The notes below the pieces were generated by a model. It was not told the DNA's origin and made no database searches. It was given only the letters and a program-made list of their open reading frames with translations. A stretch of 32,000 nucleotides of DNA from the NCBI RefSeq assembly GCF_001465295.1, contig NZ_CP011034.1, forward strand, positions 990,001 through 1,022,000, given 5' to 3'. Positions 1 to 8,966 of this stretch are shown one piece after another. The translations under genes were made by a program, and so were the position numbers. This DNA comes from Pseudoalteromonas translucida KMM 520. Lineage in GTDB: Bacteria; Pseudomonadota; Gammaproteobacteria; Enterobacterales; Alteromonadaceae. Numbering within the stretch: position 1 is the stretch's first letter; every line of letters starts with the position of its first letter.

Positions 1-253
1 TGTGCAAGCAACTATAGCTGGAAAACAAGTTTATGGGGTTGCCAATATAGGCAATAAGCCCACCTTTAATGGAACTCGTGCCTTATTAGAAGTTCATCTT
101 TTTGATTTTGCACAAGACATTTATGGACAATTTATGCATGTGGAGTTGATTAAAAAACTCCGCGATGAGAAAAAATTCGAGACATTAACACAATTAACGG
201 TGCAAATAGCAACTGACGTTGCCGCCGCTAAGCAGTGTTTTGGTTTAAATTAG
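1..253 (+). CDS. ribF: Riboflavin kinase / FMN adenylyltransferase, C-terminal fragment (5' end lies outside the window)
   Basis: ORF 2..253 (GVANIGNKPTF..LEVHLFDFAQDIYG..ELIKKLRDEKKF..L..QI..D) matches the riboflavin-kinase C-terminal domain pattern of RibF. It lies directly upstream of ileS, as in the E. coli ribF-ileS-lspA-fkpB-ispH cluster. Confidence 0.85.
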   Translation, partial: VQATIAGKQVYGVANIGNKPTFNGTRALLEVHLFDFAQDIYGQFMHVELIKKLRDEKKFETLTQLTVQIATDVAAAKQCFGLN

Positions 254-282
254 GTAGCCGATAGATACGGAATGTAGGATTA

Positions 283-3111
283 ATGAGCGACTATAAACAT
301 ACTTTGAACTTACCGGAAACACCGTTTCCAATGCGTGGCAATTTGGCACAACGTGAACCAAAAATGCTTAAAGCATGGTATGAAGACGACCTATATGGTC
401 AAATTCGCAGTGCTAAAAAAGGTAAAAAAACCTTTATTTTGCATGATGGACCTCCGTATGCAAACGGCGATATCCATTTAGGCCATTCAGTAAATAAAAT
501 ATTAAAAGATATTATTGTTAAGTCTAAAACCTTATCTGACTTTGACTCGCCATTAGTACCTGGTTGGGATTGTCATGGTTTACCAATAGAGTTAATGGTT
601 GAGAAAAAAGTTGGCAAGCCAGGCGTTAAAGTAACTGCGAGCGAGTTTCGCGAAAAGTGCCGTGCATACGCTAAAAAGCAAGTTGAAGGTCAAAAGGTCG
701 ACTTTAAACGTTTAGGTGTGTTTGCCGATTGGGACAAGCCTTACTTAACCATGAACTTTGATTTTGAAGCGAATGCTATTCGTGTACTTGGTCGTATTAT
801 TGAAAAAGGCCATTTACATAAAGGTGCTAAGCCTGTGCATTGGTGTACTGATTGTGGTTCAGCTTTAGCCGAAGCCGAAGTTGAATACCAAGATAAGCAA
901 TCACCAGCCATTGACGTACGCTTTATTTTTAACGACCAAGACGCAGTAGTAAGTGCGTTTGATTTAGCCGATGGTCATAAAGGTACAGGTAAAGTTGGTA
1001 CTGTTATTTGGACTACCACGCCGTGGACACTACCGGCTAACCGCGCAGTAGCAGTACATGCAGAATTAGAATATGCACTAGTACAAGTTGAAGACGAAGG
1101 TAAGCAGCAACGCTTAATTTTAGGCTCTGAACTTGTTAAAGATGCAATGGACCGTTTTGGTTTTAATAACTTTCATGTATTAGGTTACGTTAAAGGCGCG
1201 GCACTTGAAAATTTACAAGTAGCACATCCATTTTACGACTTTAATGTTCCGGTAATTGTAGCTGAGCATGTTACGACTGACTCAGGTACGGGTGTTGTAC
1301 ATACGGCTCCAGGACATGGTCAAGAAGATTTCGTGGCTGGACTTGAATACAAACTAGAAGTGGCTAACCCGGTTGGCGCAAATGGTGTGTACTTAGCAGG
1401 CACTGAGTTATTTGCCGGTCAGCATGTGTTTAAAGCCAATGCGAGCATTGTTGAAGTGCTTAAAGAGCATGGCGCATTAATGCATCACCATGCTATTACG
1501 CATAGTTACCCACATTGCTGGCGTCATAAAACGCCAATTATTTTCCGTGCTACACCGCAATGGTTTATTAGTATGGATCAGGCTAATTTGCGTCAAGACT
1601 CATTAAGCGAAATTAAAAACACGCAGTGGTTACCAGAGTGGGGCGAAAGCCGCATTGCAAACATGGTTGAGGGCCGTCCAGATTGGTGTATATCACGCCA
1701 ACGTACTTGGGGTGTACCAATTGCATTGTTCGCTGATAAAGACACGGGTGCTATTCACCCAAATACGCAAGAATTAATTGAACAAGCTGCACAACTGGTT
1801 GAAAAGTCAGGTATTCAAGCATGGTACGATTTAGATCCAGCGACACTGTTAGGTGAAGAAGATGCTAAGCAATACATGAAAGTGCAAGACACTCTCGATG
1901 TATGGTTTGACTCGGGCGTATCGCACGCGTGTGTTGTAGATGCACGTGAAGACTTAACTGGTCCTGCCGATTTATACCTTGAAGGTTCTGATCAGCATCG
2001 TGGTTGGTTTATGTCGTCTATGATGACATCGGTTGCTATTAACGGCCATGCACCATACCGCCAAGTATTGACTCATGGTTTTACCGTTGATGAAAATGGC
2101 CGCAAAATGTCTAAGTCGTTAGGCAATGTTATTTCACCACAAAATGTGATGAATAAACTAGGTGCTGACATTTTACGCTTGTGGGTTGCCTCTACCGATT
2201 ACACCGCAGAAATGACGGTATCGGATGAAATATTTAACCGCTCAGCAGATCGTTACCGCCGTATTCGTAACACTAGTCGTTACTTATTAGCTAACCTAAA
2301 TGGCTTTGATCCAAAAACAGATCAAGTAGCTGTTAATGACATGGTTGAGCTTGATAAGTGGATTGTTGGCCGTGCTGCACAATTACAAACAGAAATTTTA
2401 GCTGCCTACGATAGCTACCAAATGCTGTTAGTAACGCAAAAGCTAATGAACTTTTGTACCGGTGAGCTTGGTTCGTTCTATTTAGACGTAATTAAAGACC
2501 GCCAATACACAGCTAAGAGTGACAGCCACGCACGTCGTTCTTGTCAAACAGCGCTTTACCATATTGCTGAAGCAATGACGCGTTGGATGGCACCTATTAT
2601 GAGCTTTACAGCCCAAGAAATTTGGGAAGCATTACCGGGTGAGCGTAGTGACTACGTATTTACATCAACCTGGTACGAAGGCTTGCAAGCTCCTACTAAC
2701 AGCCAATTTAGCAACGATGATTGGTTAGAAATTCTAACAGTGCGCGATGAAGTAAACCGCTTATTAGAAGCTGCACGTAAAGAAGAAGTGATTGGTGCAA
2801 CGCTCCAAGCAACTGTTAATTTATATACAGGCAAAGCGCTTGCAGCTAAATTATCAGCACTTGGTGACGAACTGCGTTTTGTATTTTTAACATCTGCAGT
2901 AAACGTAACCGAAGTTGATAGCCAGCCGGCAGATACACAAACTACCGAAATCGAAGGTCTTTATATTAGTGTTGCTGCAACAGATGCACAAAAATGTGAG
3001 CGTTGTTGGCATTATAGCGCTGATGTAGGTGTTGAGCCTGCTCATCCTGAAATTTGTGGTCGCTGTGTAAGCAATGTTGACGGTGAAGGCGAGACGCGTC
3101 AATTCGCTTAG
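283..3111 (+). CDS. ileS: Isoleucyl-tRNA synthetase
   Basis: 942 aa. Class I aaRS signatures are present: HIGH-type motif ([12 protein letters not shown]) and KMSKS ([10 protein letters not shown]). There is a C-terminal zinc-finger pair (CERCWHY...CGRC). Length and order match enterobacterial IleS. Confidence 0.97.
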   Translation: MSDYKHTLNLPETPFPMRGNLAQREPKMLKAWYEDDLYGQIRSAKKGKKTFILHDGPPYANGDIHLGHSVNKILKDIIVKSKTLSDFDSPLVPGWDCHGLPIELMVEKKVGKPGVKVTASEFREKCRAYAKKQVEGQKVDFKRLGVFADWDKPYLTMNFDFEANAIRVLGRIIEKGHLHKGAKPVHWCTDCGSALAEAEVEYQDKQSPAIDVRFIFNDQDAVVSAFDLADGHKGTGKVGTVIWTTTPWTLPANRAVAVHAELEYALVQVEDEGKQQRLILGSELVKDAMDRFGFNNFHVLGYVKGAALENLQVAHPFYDFNVPVIVAEHVTTDSGTGVVHTAPGHGQEDFVAGLEYKLEVANPVGANGVYLAGTELFAGQHVFKANASIVEVLKEHGALMHHHAITHSYPHCWRHKTPIIFRATPQWFISMDQANLRQDSLSEIKNTQWLPEWGESRIANMVEGRPDWCISRQRTWGVPIALFADKDTGAIHPNTQELIEQAAQLVEKSGIQAWYDLDPATLLGEEDAKQYMKVQDTLDVWFDSGVSHACVVDAREDLTGPADLYLEGSDQHRGWFMSSMMTSVAINGHAPYRQVLTHGFTVDENGRKMSKSLGNVISPQNVMNKLGADILRLWVASTDYTAEMTVSDEIFNRSADRYRRIRNTSRYLLANLNGFDPKTDQVAVNDMVELDKWIVGRAAQLQTEILAAYDSYQMLLVTQKLMNFCTGELGSFYLDVIKDRQYTAKSDSHARRSCQTALYHIAEAMTRWMAPIMSFTAQEIWEALPGERSDYVFTSTWYEGLQAPTNSQFSNDDWLEILTVRDEVNRLLEAARKEEVIGATLQATVNLYTGKALAAKLSALGDELRFVFLTSAVNVTEVDSQPADTQTTEIEGLYISVAATDAQKCERCWHYSADVGVEPAHPEICGRCVSNVDGEGETRQFA

Positions 3112-3121
3112 GAGTTAATTA

Positions 3122-3622
3122 GTGAGCAAACTAGCCCAAAAAAGTGGTTTAGTGTGGCTATGGTTAAGTCTACTACTGTTAGTAGTAGACTTTGCTAGTA
3201 AAACACTTGTTGTAAGTAGTATGGCTTATCAAGAGTCGATTAATTTACTGCCTGTTTTTAGTATTACTTATGTACATAACTATGGTGCCGCTTATAGTTT
3301 TTTAAGTGATGCAGGCGGTTGGCAACGTTGGTTTTTAAGTGCAATTGCAATTGCTATTAGTGGATTGCTAGTGTGGTGGTTAAAACGCCTGCCAGCAACT
3401 AATAAAGTATTATGTGCTGCCTATTCATTGGTACTTGCCGGTGCAATTGGTAACTTATACGACCGTATTGCATACGGTTATGTAATTGACTTTATACACG
3501 TATTTTATGAAAACTCACATTTTCCGGTATTTAATGTTGCAGATTGCGCTATTTGTATTGGTGCAGCATTATTATTATTTGATGCCTTTACAGGCGAAAG
3601 TCCGAAGGAGCATAAAGCATGA
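3122..3622 (+). CDS. lspA: Lipoprotein signal peptidase (signal peptidase II)
   Basis: 166 aa multi-TM protein with a GTG start. It aligns by eye with E. coli LspA (NYGAA.SFL...GGWQRWF...GNL.DR...FNVAD..I..GA). It overlaps the next gene by 4 nt (ATGA). Confidence 0.93.
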   Translation: MSKLAQKSGLVWLWLSLLLLVVDFASKTLVVSSMAYQESINLLPVFSITYVHNYGAAYSFLSDAGGWQRWFLSAIAIAISGLLVWWLKRLPATNKVLCAAYSLVLAGAIGNLYDRIAYGYVIDFIHVFYENSHFPVFNVADCAICIGAALLLFDAFTGESPKEHKA

Positions 3623-4059
3623 GCCAAGCTGTAATTGGTGAAAACTCACAGGTTATTTTTCATTTTTCTATTAAGTTAGAAGATGGCTCTGCTGCCGACT
3701 CAACCAAAGTGCATAACAAGCCTGCTAAGTTAACTATGGGCGATGGTAGCTTAACAGCTAACTTTGAAAAATGTTTATTAGGCTTAAACGCAGGCGAGAG
3801 CAAAACCTTTGAGCTAGAACCTGAAGATGCATTTGGTCAGCCAAATCCAGATAACATTTACTATGTTGATCGCAGTAAATTTGGCCCAGAAACCCCAGCT
3901 AAAGTAGGCGCTATAATAGCGTTTACTCAGCCTGACGGTACCGAGCTTCCGGGTTTAGTACGCGAAGTACAAGGCGAGTCGGTAACGATTGATTTTAATC
4001 ATCCGTTAGCGGGTCAGCGTTTAACCTTTGAAGTAGATATTATTGAGGTGCAAGGTTAA
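3619..4059 (+). CDS. fkpB: FKBP-type peptidyl-prolyl cis-trans isomerase
   Basis: 146 aa, near-colinear with E. coli FkpB (V.FHF..KL.DGS.A.ST....PA....GDGSL....E..LLGL..G....F.LEP..AFG......I.......F.......GAI..F...[19 protein letters not shown]). The lspA-fkpB-ispH position is conserved. Confidence 0.9.
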   Translation: MSQAVIGENSQVIFHFSIKLEDGSAADSTKVHNKPAKLTMGDGSLTANFEKCLLGLNAGESKTFELEPEDAFGQPNPDNIYYVDRSKFGPETPAKVGAIIAFTQPDGTELPGLVREVQGESVTIDFNHPLAGQRLTFEVDIIEVQG

Positions 4060-4988
4060 TGGAAATATTACTAGCCAACCCACGAGGCTTTTGCGCAGGG
4101 GTTGATCGCGCAATTAGTATTGTTGAGCGCGCTTTAGATATTTTTGAAAAGCCAATTTACGTACGCCACGAAGTGGTGCATAACCGCTATGTGGTTGATG
4201 GCTTAAAAAACCGCGGTGCGGTATTTGTCGAAGAGCTTGATCAGATACCTGACGACAGTATAGTTATATTTAGTGCACATGGCGTATCGCAAGCGGTACG
4301 CACCGAAGCAAAGCGCCGTGACTTAAAAATATTTGATGCTACCTGCCCACTGGTTACTAAAGTACATATGGAAGTAACCCGTGCGAGCCGCAAAGGCATA
4401 GAGTGTATTTTAATTGGTCACCAAGGACACCCAGAAGTTGAGGGCACCATGGGGCAGTACAGCAATGACGACGGCGGTATTTATTTAGTAGAAACCGTAG
4501 AAGACGTCGCTAAGTTGAATGTAAAAAATGCTGACAACTTATTTTACTGTAGCCAAACAACGCTCTCGGTAGATGATACGGCTGATGTAATTGATGCGCT
4601 GCGTGCTAAGTTTCCTGCTATTGATGGGCCGCGTAAAGATGATATTTGTTACGCAACGCAAAATCGTCAAGACGCCGTTCGCGACTTAGCCGACAAAGTA
4701 GACGTGTTGTTAGTAGTTGGCGCTAAAAACAGCTCTAACTCAAATCGTTTGCGTGAACTTGCCGATAAAATGGGCACTAAAGCTTATTTAATTGACGATG
4801 CCACAAACGTGCAAGAGTCATGGTTTACTGGCGTTAATGCTGTTGGGGTAACCGCAGGAGCATCTGCACCTGAAGTGTTAGTGCAACAAGTTATAACCCG
4901 CTTAAAAGAACTTGGTGGCAATCAAGTTACTGAAAACCCTGGCGAAGAAGAGAACATTGTATTTGCTGTTCCTATTGAGCTGCGCTAA
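4059..4988 (+). CDS. ispH: 4-hydroxy-3-methylbut-2-enyl diphosphate reductase
   Basis: 309 aa. The N-terminus ([19 protein letters not shown]) and conserved Cys positions (FCAGV, ATCPLV, CYAT) are typical of IspH/LytB. Its start overlaps the fkpB stop as TAATG. Confidence 0.95.
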   Translation: MEILLANPRGFCAGVDRAISIVERALDIFEKPIYVRHEVVHNRYVVDGLKNRGAVFVEELDQIPDDSIVIFSAHGVSQAVRTEAKRRDLKIFDATCPLVTKVHMEVTRASRKGIECILIGHQGHPEVEGTMGQYSNDDGGIYLVETVEDVAKLNVKNADNLFYCSQTTLSVDDTADVIDALRAKFPAIDGPRKDDICYATQNRQDAVRDLADKVDVLLVVGAKNSSNSNRLRELADKMGTKAYLIDDATNVQESWFTGVNAVGVTAGASAPEVLVQQVITRLKELGGNQVTENPGEEENIVFAVPIELR

Positions 4989-4992
4989 TCTT

Positions 4993-5012
4993 AATTAAAT
5001 ATATATTTAATT
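4993..5012. repeat. Perfect 20-bp all-A/T palindrome (AATTAAATAT|ATATTTAATT) between ispH and algZ
   Basis: Read directly from the sequence. It lies 5 nt after the ispH stop and 24 nt before the algZ start. Its function is unknown. Confidence 0.6.
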
Positions 5013-5035
5013 TATTAGCTTAAAAAGGAGCCGTT

Positions 5036-6070
5036 ATGAGCAAATCGCCACAAGTGGATGGGTTGCTTTTTTCGGCTCTTTTTAATGAGCGAGGCGTACT
5101 CGCCTCATTAGTTGTATCGCAAGTTGTTGCTATTGTTCTGGCTTTTGCACCCAATGTAGAAGGTGATATTTGGCTTCGCCTTGGAATAATAAGCTTATTT
5201 TTACACTTAATAGTGTTAGTTAGTACCTCTTCTTTATACTTCTGTAGGTTTTTTTTACAAAAACGTACTCAAACTTTTCAGTTAAGTTTGTTTTTTGTTT
5301 CCTTTTTATCATCTACATGCATTTTTAGTATTTTATTTTCTCATTTTGCTTTTGATATAGATGATACAAATAGCCTAATTTATTTCACACTTCGTAATTG
5401 TATTATAGTGGCTTTACTGACTGCTTTATTTGTCCAATTTTTATTAATTCATTTTGAAAAAGAGCTGCAAACTAAAGCGCTAGCCCGCGCAGAACTCGAT
5501 GCATTACAAGCACGTATCCGCCCACACTTTTTATATAACAGTTTAAATACCGCAGCAGAGCTTACTCATCATGATGCAACCGCAGCCGAGCAGGCTATTT
5601 TAGCCTTAGCAGCTTTATCGCAAGCGGCAATGCGCTCTGGGAAAAGTGTGCCACTAGAGGACGAAATAACCCTTAGCAAGCAATATGTTGCACTAGAAAC
5701 ATGGCGTTTTGGTAGCCGCTTAAAGCTTGATTGGCAAATACCCAATGAGCTTCCCGCGCTTAACATTCCCTGTTTAACTTTGCAGCCTTTAATTGAAAAT
5801 GCCGTGTGCCATGGCGTAGAGCCGAGCGAAACAGGCGCTGTCATTAAAGTTGAGCTGCATATTACAAGTGGCTATTTAACTATTATAGTCACTAACCCAA
5901 TAAGCGTGGCAACCACTAATACGCGGCCAAGTAACGGCATGGCGCTGGAAAATATTCGCCAACGACTTAATATTTATTATAAGGGTAAAGCGCAGCTCAC
6001 TATTGCTAATAAAAATGGCGTATTTAGAGTGAAAGTAGTGATCCCTAAACATGTTGAGAGTCAATTATGA
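5036..6070 (+). CDS. algZ: LytS/AlgZ(FimS)-type sensor histidine kinase
   Basis: 344 aa. The N-terminal half is hydrophobic and multi-TM. It is followed by the His_kinase (LytS-YehU type) H-box RPHFLYNSLNT and an HATPase-like C-terminus (LQPLIENAV.HG...G.). There is a strong SD (AAAGGAG) 6 nt upstream. It overlaps a LytTR response-regulator gene by 4 nt (ATGA). Confidence 0.8.
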   Translation: MSKSPQVDGLLFSALFNERGVLASLVVSQVVAIVLAFAPNVEGDIWLRLGIISLFLHLIVLVSTSSLYFCRFFLQKRTQTFQLSLFFVSFLSSTCIFSILFSHFAFDIDDTNSLIYFTLRNCIIVALLTALFVQFLLIHFEKELQTKALARAELDALQARIRPHFLYNSLNTAAELTHHDATAAEQAILALAALSQAAMRSGKSVPLEDEITLSKQYVALETWRFGSRLKLDWQIPNELPALNIPCLTLQPLIENAVCHGVEPSETGAVIKVELHITSGYLTIIVTNPISVATTNTRPSNGMALENIRQRLNIYYKGKAQLTIANKNGVFRVKVVIPKHVESQL

Positions 6071-6768
6071 ATGTAGTTATTGTTGATGATGAACCATTAG
6101 CTAGAGGGCGTTTAGTACGTTTATTAGCGGCTCAAAATATAGTTGTACAAAATGAAGCGAGCAATGGCGCAGAAGCACTTGCGTTAAGTAAACTAAATCA
6201 GCCTGACTTAGTATTTTTAGATGTTGATATGCCGGGTATTAATGGCTTGGAGGTGGCAAATGAGCTCAACAAGCTTGCAGTTCCACCCGCTATAGTATTT
6301 ATTACCGCCCACCCCGAGCACGCGCTAGACGCATTGCAATTAAATGCGGCGGGTTATTTAGTAAAGCCTGTATCGGCGCAATCATTACAAAAAGTAGTAG
6401 AGCAACTAGGGCGCTTAAATAAAGTACATATACAAAAACAACAAACAGCAAAAATTATGTATCAGCTCGCGGGTACATTAAAAAGCATAGAAATGGAGTG
6501 TATTTACTATTTTGCTGCTGAAGAAAAATATACAAAAATGGTATTTAAAGGGGGTAGTGCGCTTATAGATAAAAGCTTAAAACAATTAGAAGCGCTTTAC
6601 CCCACACATGTTTTAAAGGTACACCGTAATACGTTAGTAAATAAAAATAAGGTGATTGCTCTGCACTCACTAAGTAGCGGTAGCCATGCTATTGAACTAC
6701 AAAACTGCCAAGAGCTGTTAGCGGTTAGTCGCCGCGAGCTAAAAACAGTTAAATCTACCTTAGGTTAA
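6067..6768 (+). CDS. algR: LytTR-family response regulator (AlgR-like)
   Basis: 233 aa. A REC domain (VVIVDDEPLAR...DLVFLDVDMPGINGLE...A.GYLVKP) is followed by a C-terminal LytTR DNA-binding domain (I.YF.AEEKYT......G..LID.SLK.LE......L.VHRN.LVN). It is translationally coupled to the upstream kinase and sits directly upstream of the minor-pilin operon. Confidence 0.82.
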   Translation: MNVVIVDDEPLARGRLVRLLAAQNIVVQNEASNGAEALALSKLNQPDLVFLDVDMPGINGLEVANELNKLAVPPAIVFITAHPEHALDALQLNAAGYLVKPVSAQSLQKVVEQLGRLNKVHIQKQQTAKIMYQLAGTLKSIEMECIYYFAAEEKYTKMVFKGGSALIDKSLKQLEALYPTHVLKVHRNTLVNKNKVIALHSLSSGSHAIELQNCQELLAVSRRELKTVKSTLG

Positions 6769-6812
6769 CTCATTTATTATAAAGCTACTTTTACAAAAGT
6801 AGTGTTTATTAA

Positions 6813-6841
6813 CCGTTTATCAACAAAATCAACCGTTAGTC
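6813..6841 (+). promoter_or_regulatory. Two direct 9-bp AlgR-like boxes (CCGTTTATC at 6813-6821, CCGTTAGTC at 6833-6841; 11-bp spacer)
   Basis: Each box is 8/9 identical to the P. aeruginosa algD AlgR cores (CCGTTTGTC / CCGTTCGTC). Direct repeats about two helical turns apart are the typical LytTR arrangement. A TATAAT lies at 6880-6885 with no good -35, which suggests an activator-dependent promoter. Confidence 0.45.
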
Positions 6842-6910
6842 TTAGTAGTTCTTGAATCTATGTTTTAATCGCATACACTTATAATCAGATAATATTTATT
6901 TGGTTTTATT

Positions 6911-7471
6911 ATGCATTCACACCCAATTAATCGGCACAAAGGCTTCACTTTAATAGAAGTGCTTATTGCCTTTATCATCCTCAGTTTTGGTTTGTTAGGC
7001 GCCGTTGCACTGCAAGCAAAAGCTAAGCAAGCTAGTTTCGACTCTATGCAGCGCGCCGCTGCTGTGGCGCTAGGTAACGACATTATTCAGCGCATTCGAG
7101 CAAACGACAGTCCTCAGTTAGCTACTCATTATAAACAAACATTAACCAGTGAAACGCCAATAGCATCGTCAACTACGTGTTTTTCTGGCTCATGTACTGC
7201 GGCACAAATAGCGTTACTCGATATTGAACAGTGGAAACGCGCAATTCGTGCCCGAGAAAATACTGGCTCACTAGATGGAGCAACTGTTTGTATTGAACCT
7301 AAACTATTAGCAGCAACAGGTGGTAAGGCATTTAATTTAGAGGTAATAATCTCTTGGCAAGGTCGTCAAGAGTTTAAAGCAAGTGATGCAACTGGAGGTA
7401 TTAGCTGTGGTACTGCAGATAAAAAACGTCGATTAGTGGTATTAACTAGCTATATTTATGTGAGGAGCTAG
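6911..7471 (+). CDS. pilV: Type IV pilus minor pilin PilV
   Basis: 186 aa with a class III prepilin leader and cleavage motif (..HKG|FTLIEVLIA, Glu at +5). The following region (LLG..ALQ......S..RA.A..L..D...R.R.N) is typical of PilV-family proteins. It is first in a pilVWXY1E-ordered cluster. Confidence 0.85.
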   Translation: MHSHPINRHKGFTLIEVLIAFIILSFGLLGAVALQAKAKQASFDSMQRAAAVALGNDIIQRIRANDSPQLATHYKQTLTSETPIASSTTCFSGSCTAAQIALLDIEQWKRAIRARENTGSLDGATVCIEPKLLAATGGKAFNLEVIISWQGRQEFKASDATGGISCGTADKKRRLVVLTSYIYVRS

Positions 7472-7472
7472 C

Positions 7473-8474
7473 ATGAAACAAACAGGTTTTACGCTCATAG
7501 AAGTAATGATTTCGCTATTTATAGGTGGGTTAGTACTCGGTGGCGTTATGTTTACTTATATTGGTATGAAGGTAACTACTAAAGACACTATGACCATAGG
7601 CGAACTGCAAGAGTCTGGTCGCCTTGCAATTAATATAATGCAGCGCGATATTGAGCAAATTGGTTTTTGGGGTACATACTATGATGACTCGTTCACTATC
7701 GCCAATACTACCACATTGGCTACCCCAGCAGCTGCGAGCGATTGCACTGAGGGGTTAAATAACGGCAGTTTTCCTGATTTAACCAGCACCAGTAATTTTA
7801 GAACTATTTATGCAAAAACAGCCGATGGTACAAAAGAGCTTAATTGCATTAATAACCCGATAAAAAAAACCGATATTCTCCAGCTTAAATTTTTGCAAGG
7901 AAATCAGCTTACGGTAGAGGCGGGGAGTAATGAAACACAAATAAATCAAAACTACTTTATTGCAGAGCAAGAACGTGCACAATTTGTGCGTGGCATAGTT
8001 GCACCAGGTACATTAAATACAAATGCGACAGTATGGCCTTATAGCCATCATGTATATTATATCTCTGAGCAAACATATACAGTAAATAATCAAAGCTTGA
8101 CAGTGCCGGCGTTAATGAGAAAACGTTTAGTGGCAGGAAATATTACTACTGAAACGATTATGGAAGGGGTTGAAGACATGCGCTTTGTATTTGGTTTAGA
8201 TACAACTAGCGATAGCCGAGTAGATACATACAGAAGTATAGATGCGATGACCGCAGCTGATTGGGAAAACCGAAAAGGCATTTTAACCGTACAACTATTT
8301 TTATTGATTAGAGCATTGCAACCCGATCCTGGAATTAAAATTAAAAATCAAAAATATATACTGGGTGAAGATAGCAATAAACGAGAGCTAACATTTACCG
8401 ATAATTACAGACGTACGGTATTTACTACCACTATTCGTTTAAATAATGTGGGGGCTAACTTATGGCGCATTTAA
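7473..8474 (+). CDS. pilW: Type IV pilus minor pilin / assembly protein PilW
   Basis: 333 aa. The N-terminus MKQTG|FTLIEVMISL carries a prepilin motif. Size and position match PilW. The start is 2 nt after the pilV stop. Confidence 0.85.
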   Translation: MKQTGFTLIEVMISLFIGGLVLGGVMFTYIGMKVTTKDTMTIGELQESGRLAINIMQRDIEQIGFWGTYYDDSFTIANTTTLATPAAASDCTEGLNNGSFPDLTSTSNFRTIYAKTADGTKELNCINNPIKKTDILQLKFLQGNQLTVEAGSNETQINQNYFIAEQERAQFVRGIVAPGTLNTNATVWPYSHHVYYISEQTYTVNNQSLTVPALMRKRLVAGNITTETIMEGVEDMRFVFGLDTTSDSRVDTYRSIDAMTAADWENRKGILTVQLFLLIRALQPDPGIKIKNQKYILGEDSNKRELTFTDNYRRTVFTTTIRLNNVGANLWRI

Positions 8475-8965
8475 ATAATATACCGAAAAAACAGCAGGGT
8501 GTAGTGCTTATTACTGCATTAATAATGGTAATAGCTGTAACAGGCATCGCTGTAACATTAATGAGTAGTAGCACTATAGATATTAAAATTACCAATGCAG
8601 CTCAAGAGCGTGAAGTTGCTGAAAATGAGTTGATTGGCGAAGTGCAGCGGATGATTTCGGGCGAAGCAAATAAGGGGGCAGGCAATCAGTTTTTTTTAAC
8701 CCCAGACGAAGTAACCACTATTTCAGCGGGCGATAATAATGGCATGGTGATCGCTAAGCACAATGACATGCAAAGTAAAATGATTAACCTAAATAAAGGC
8801 GCAATGAATTTAGAGTGTCCGCGCCGATTTAATTTTACCGCAGGAGTATCCTGCAATATGGTGCAAGTAGCTACCACTATAGAATATGGCTCAAAAAGTA
8901 AGCATCAACTAACCATAGTTACTGGTGTAGCCCAAGAAATGGCTAGCACAGGTAAGGGGATTTAA
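8462..8965 (+). CDS. pilX: Type IV pilus minor pilin PilX (PilX_N-type, lacks Glu5)
   Basis: 167 aa. The N-terminus (..KKQQG|VVLITALIMVIAVTGIAVTLM) resembles the PilX/GspK-type hydrophobic segment without Glu at +5. It overlaps the pilW 3' end by 13 nt and lies between pilW and pilY1. Confidence 0.75.
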   Translation: MAHLNNIPKKQQGVVLITALIMVIAVTGIAVTLMSSSTIDIKITNAAQEREVAENELIGEVQRMISGEANKGAGNQFFLTPDEVTTISAGDNNGMVIAKHNDMQSKMINLNKGAMNLECPRRFNFTAGVSCNMVQVATTIEYGSKSKHQLTIVTGVAQEMASTGKGI

Positions 8966-8966
8966 A

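Noticed and set aside
2652-3102. Minus-strand ORFs 2652..2834 and 2887..3102, antisense to ileS
   Set aside because: They are fully embedded antisense in a strongly supported, conserved CDS. Their translations are low-complexity or odd in composition with no recognisable motifs. The same reasoning applies to 5569..5844, 5876..6064, 6865..7083, 7779..7982, 8090..8281, 8686..8877, 9982..10164, 15692..15886, 15768..15953, 15979..16188, 16488..16739, 17107..17526, 17602..17997, 18445..18915, 18453..18677, 19696..19881, 20023..20238, 21567..21812, 24125..24361, 24644..24937, 26398..26796, 27535..27765, 28326..28511, 30884..31072 and 31187..31528.
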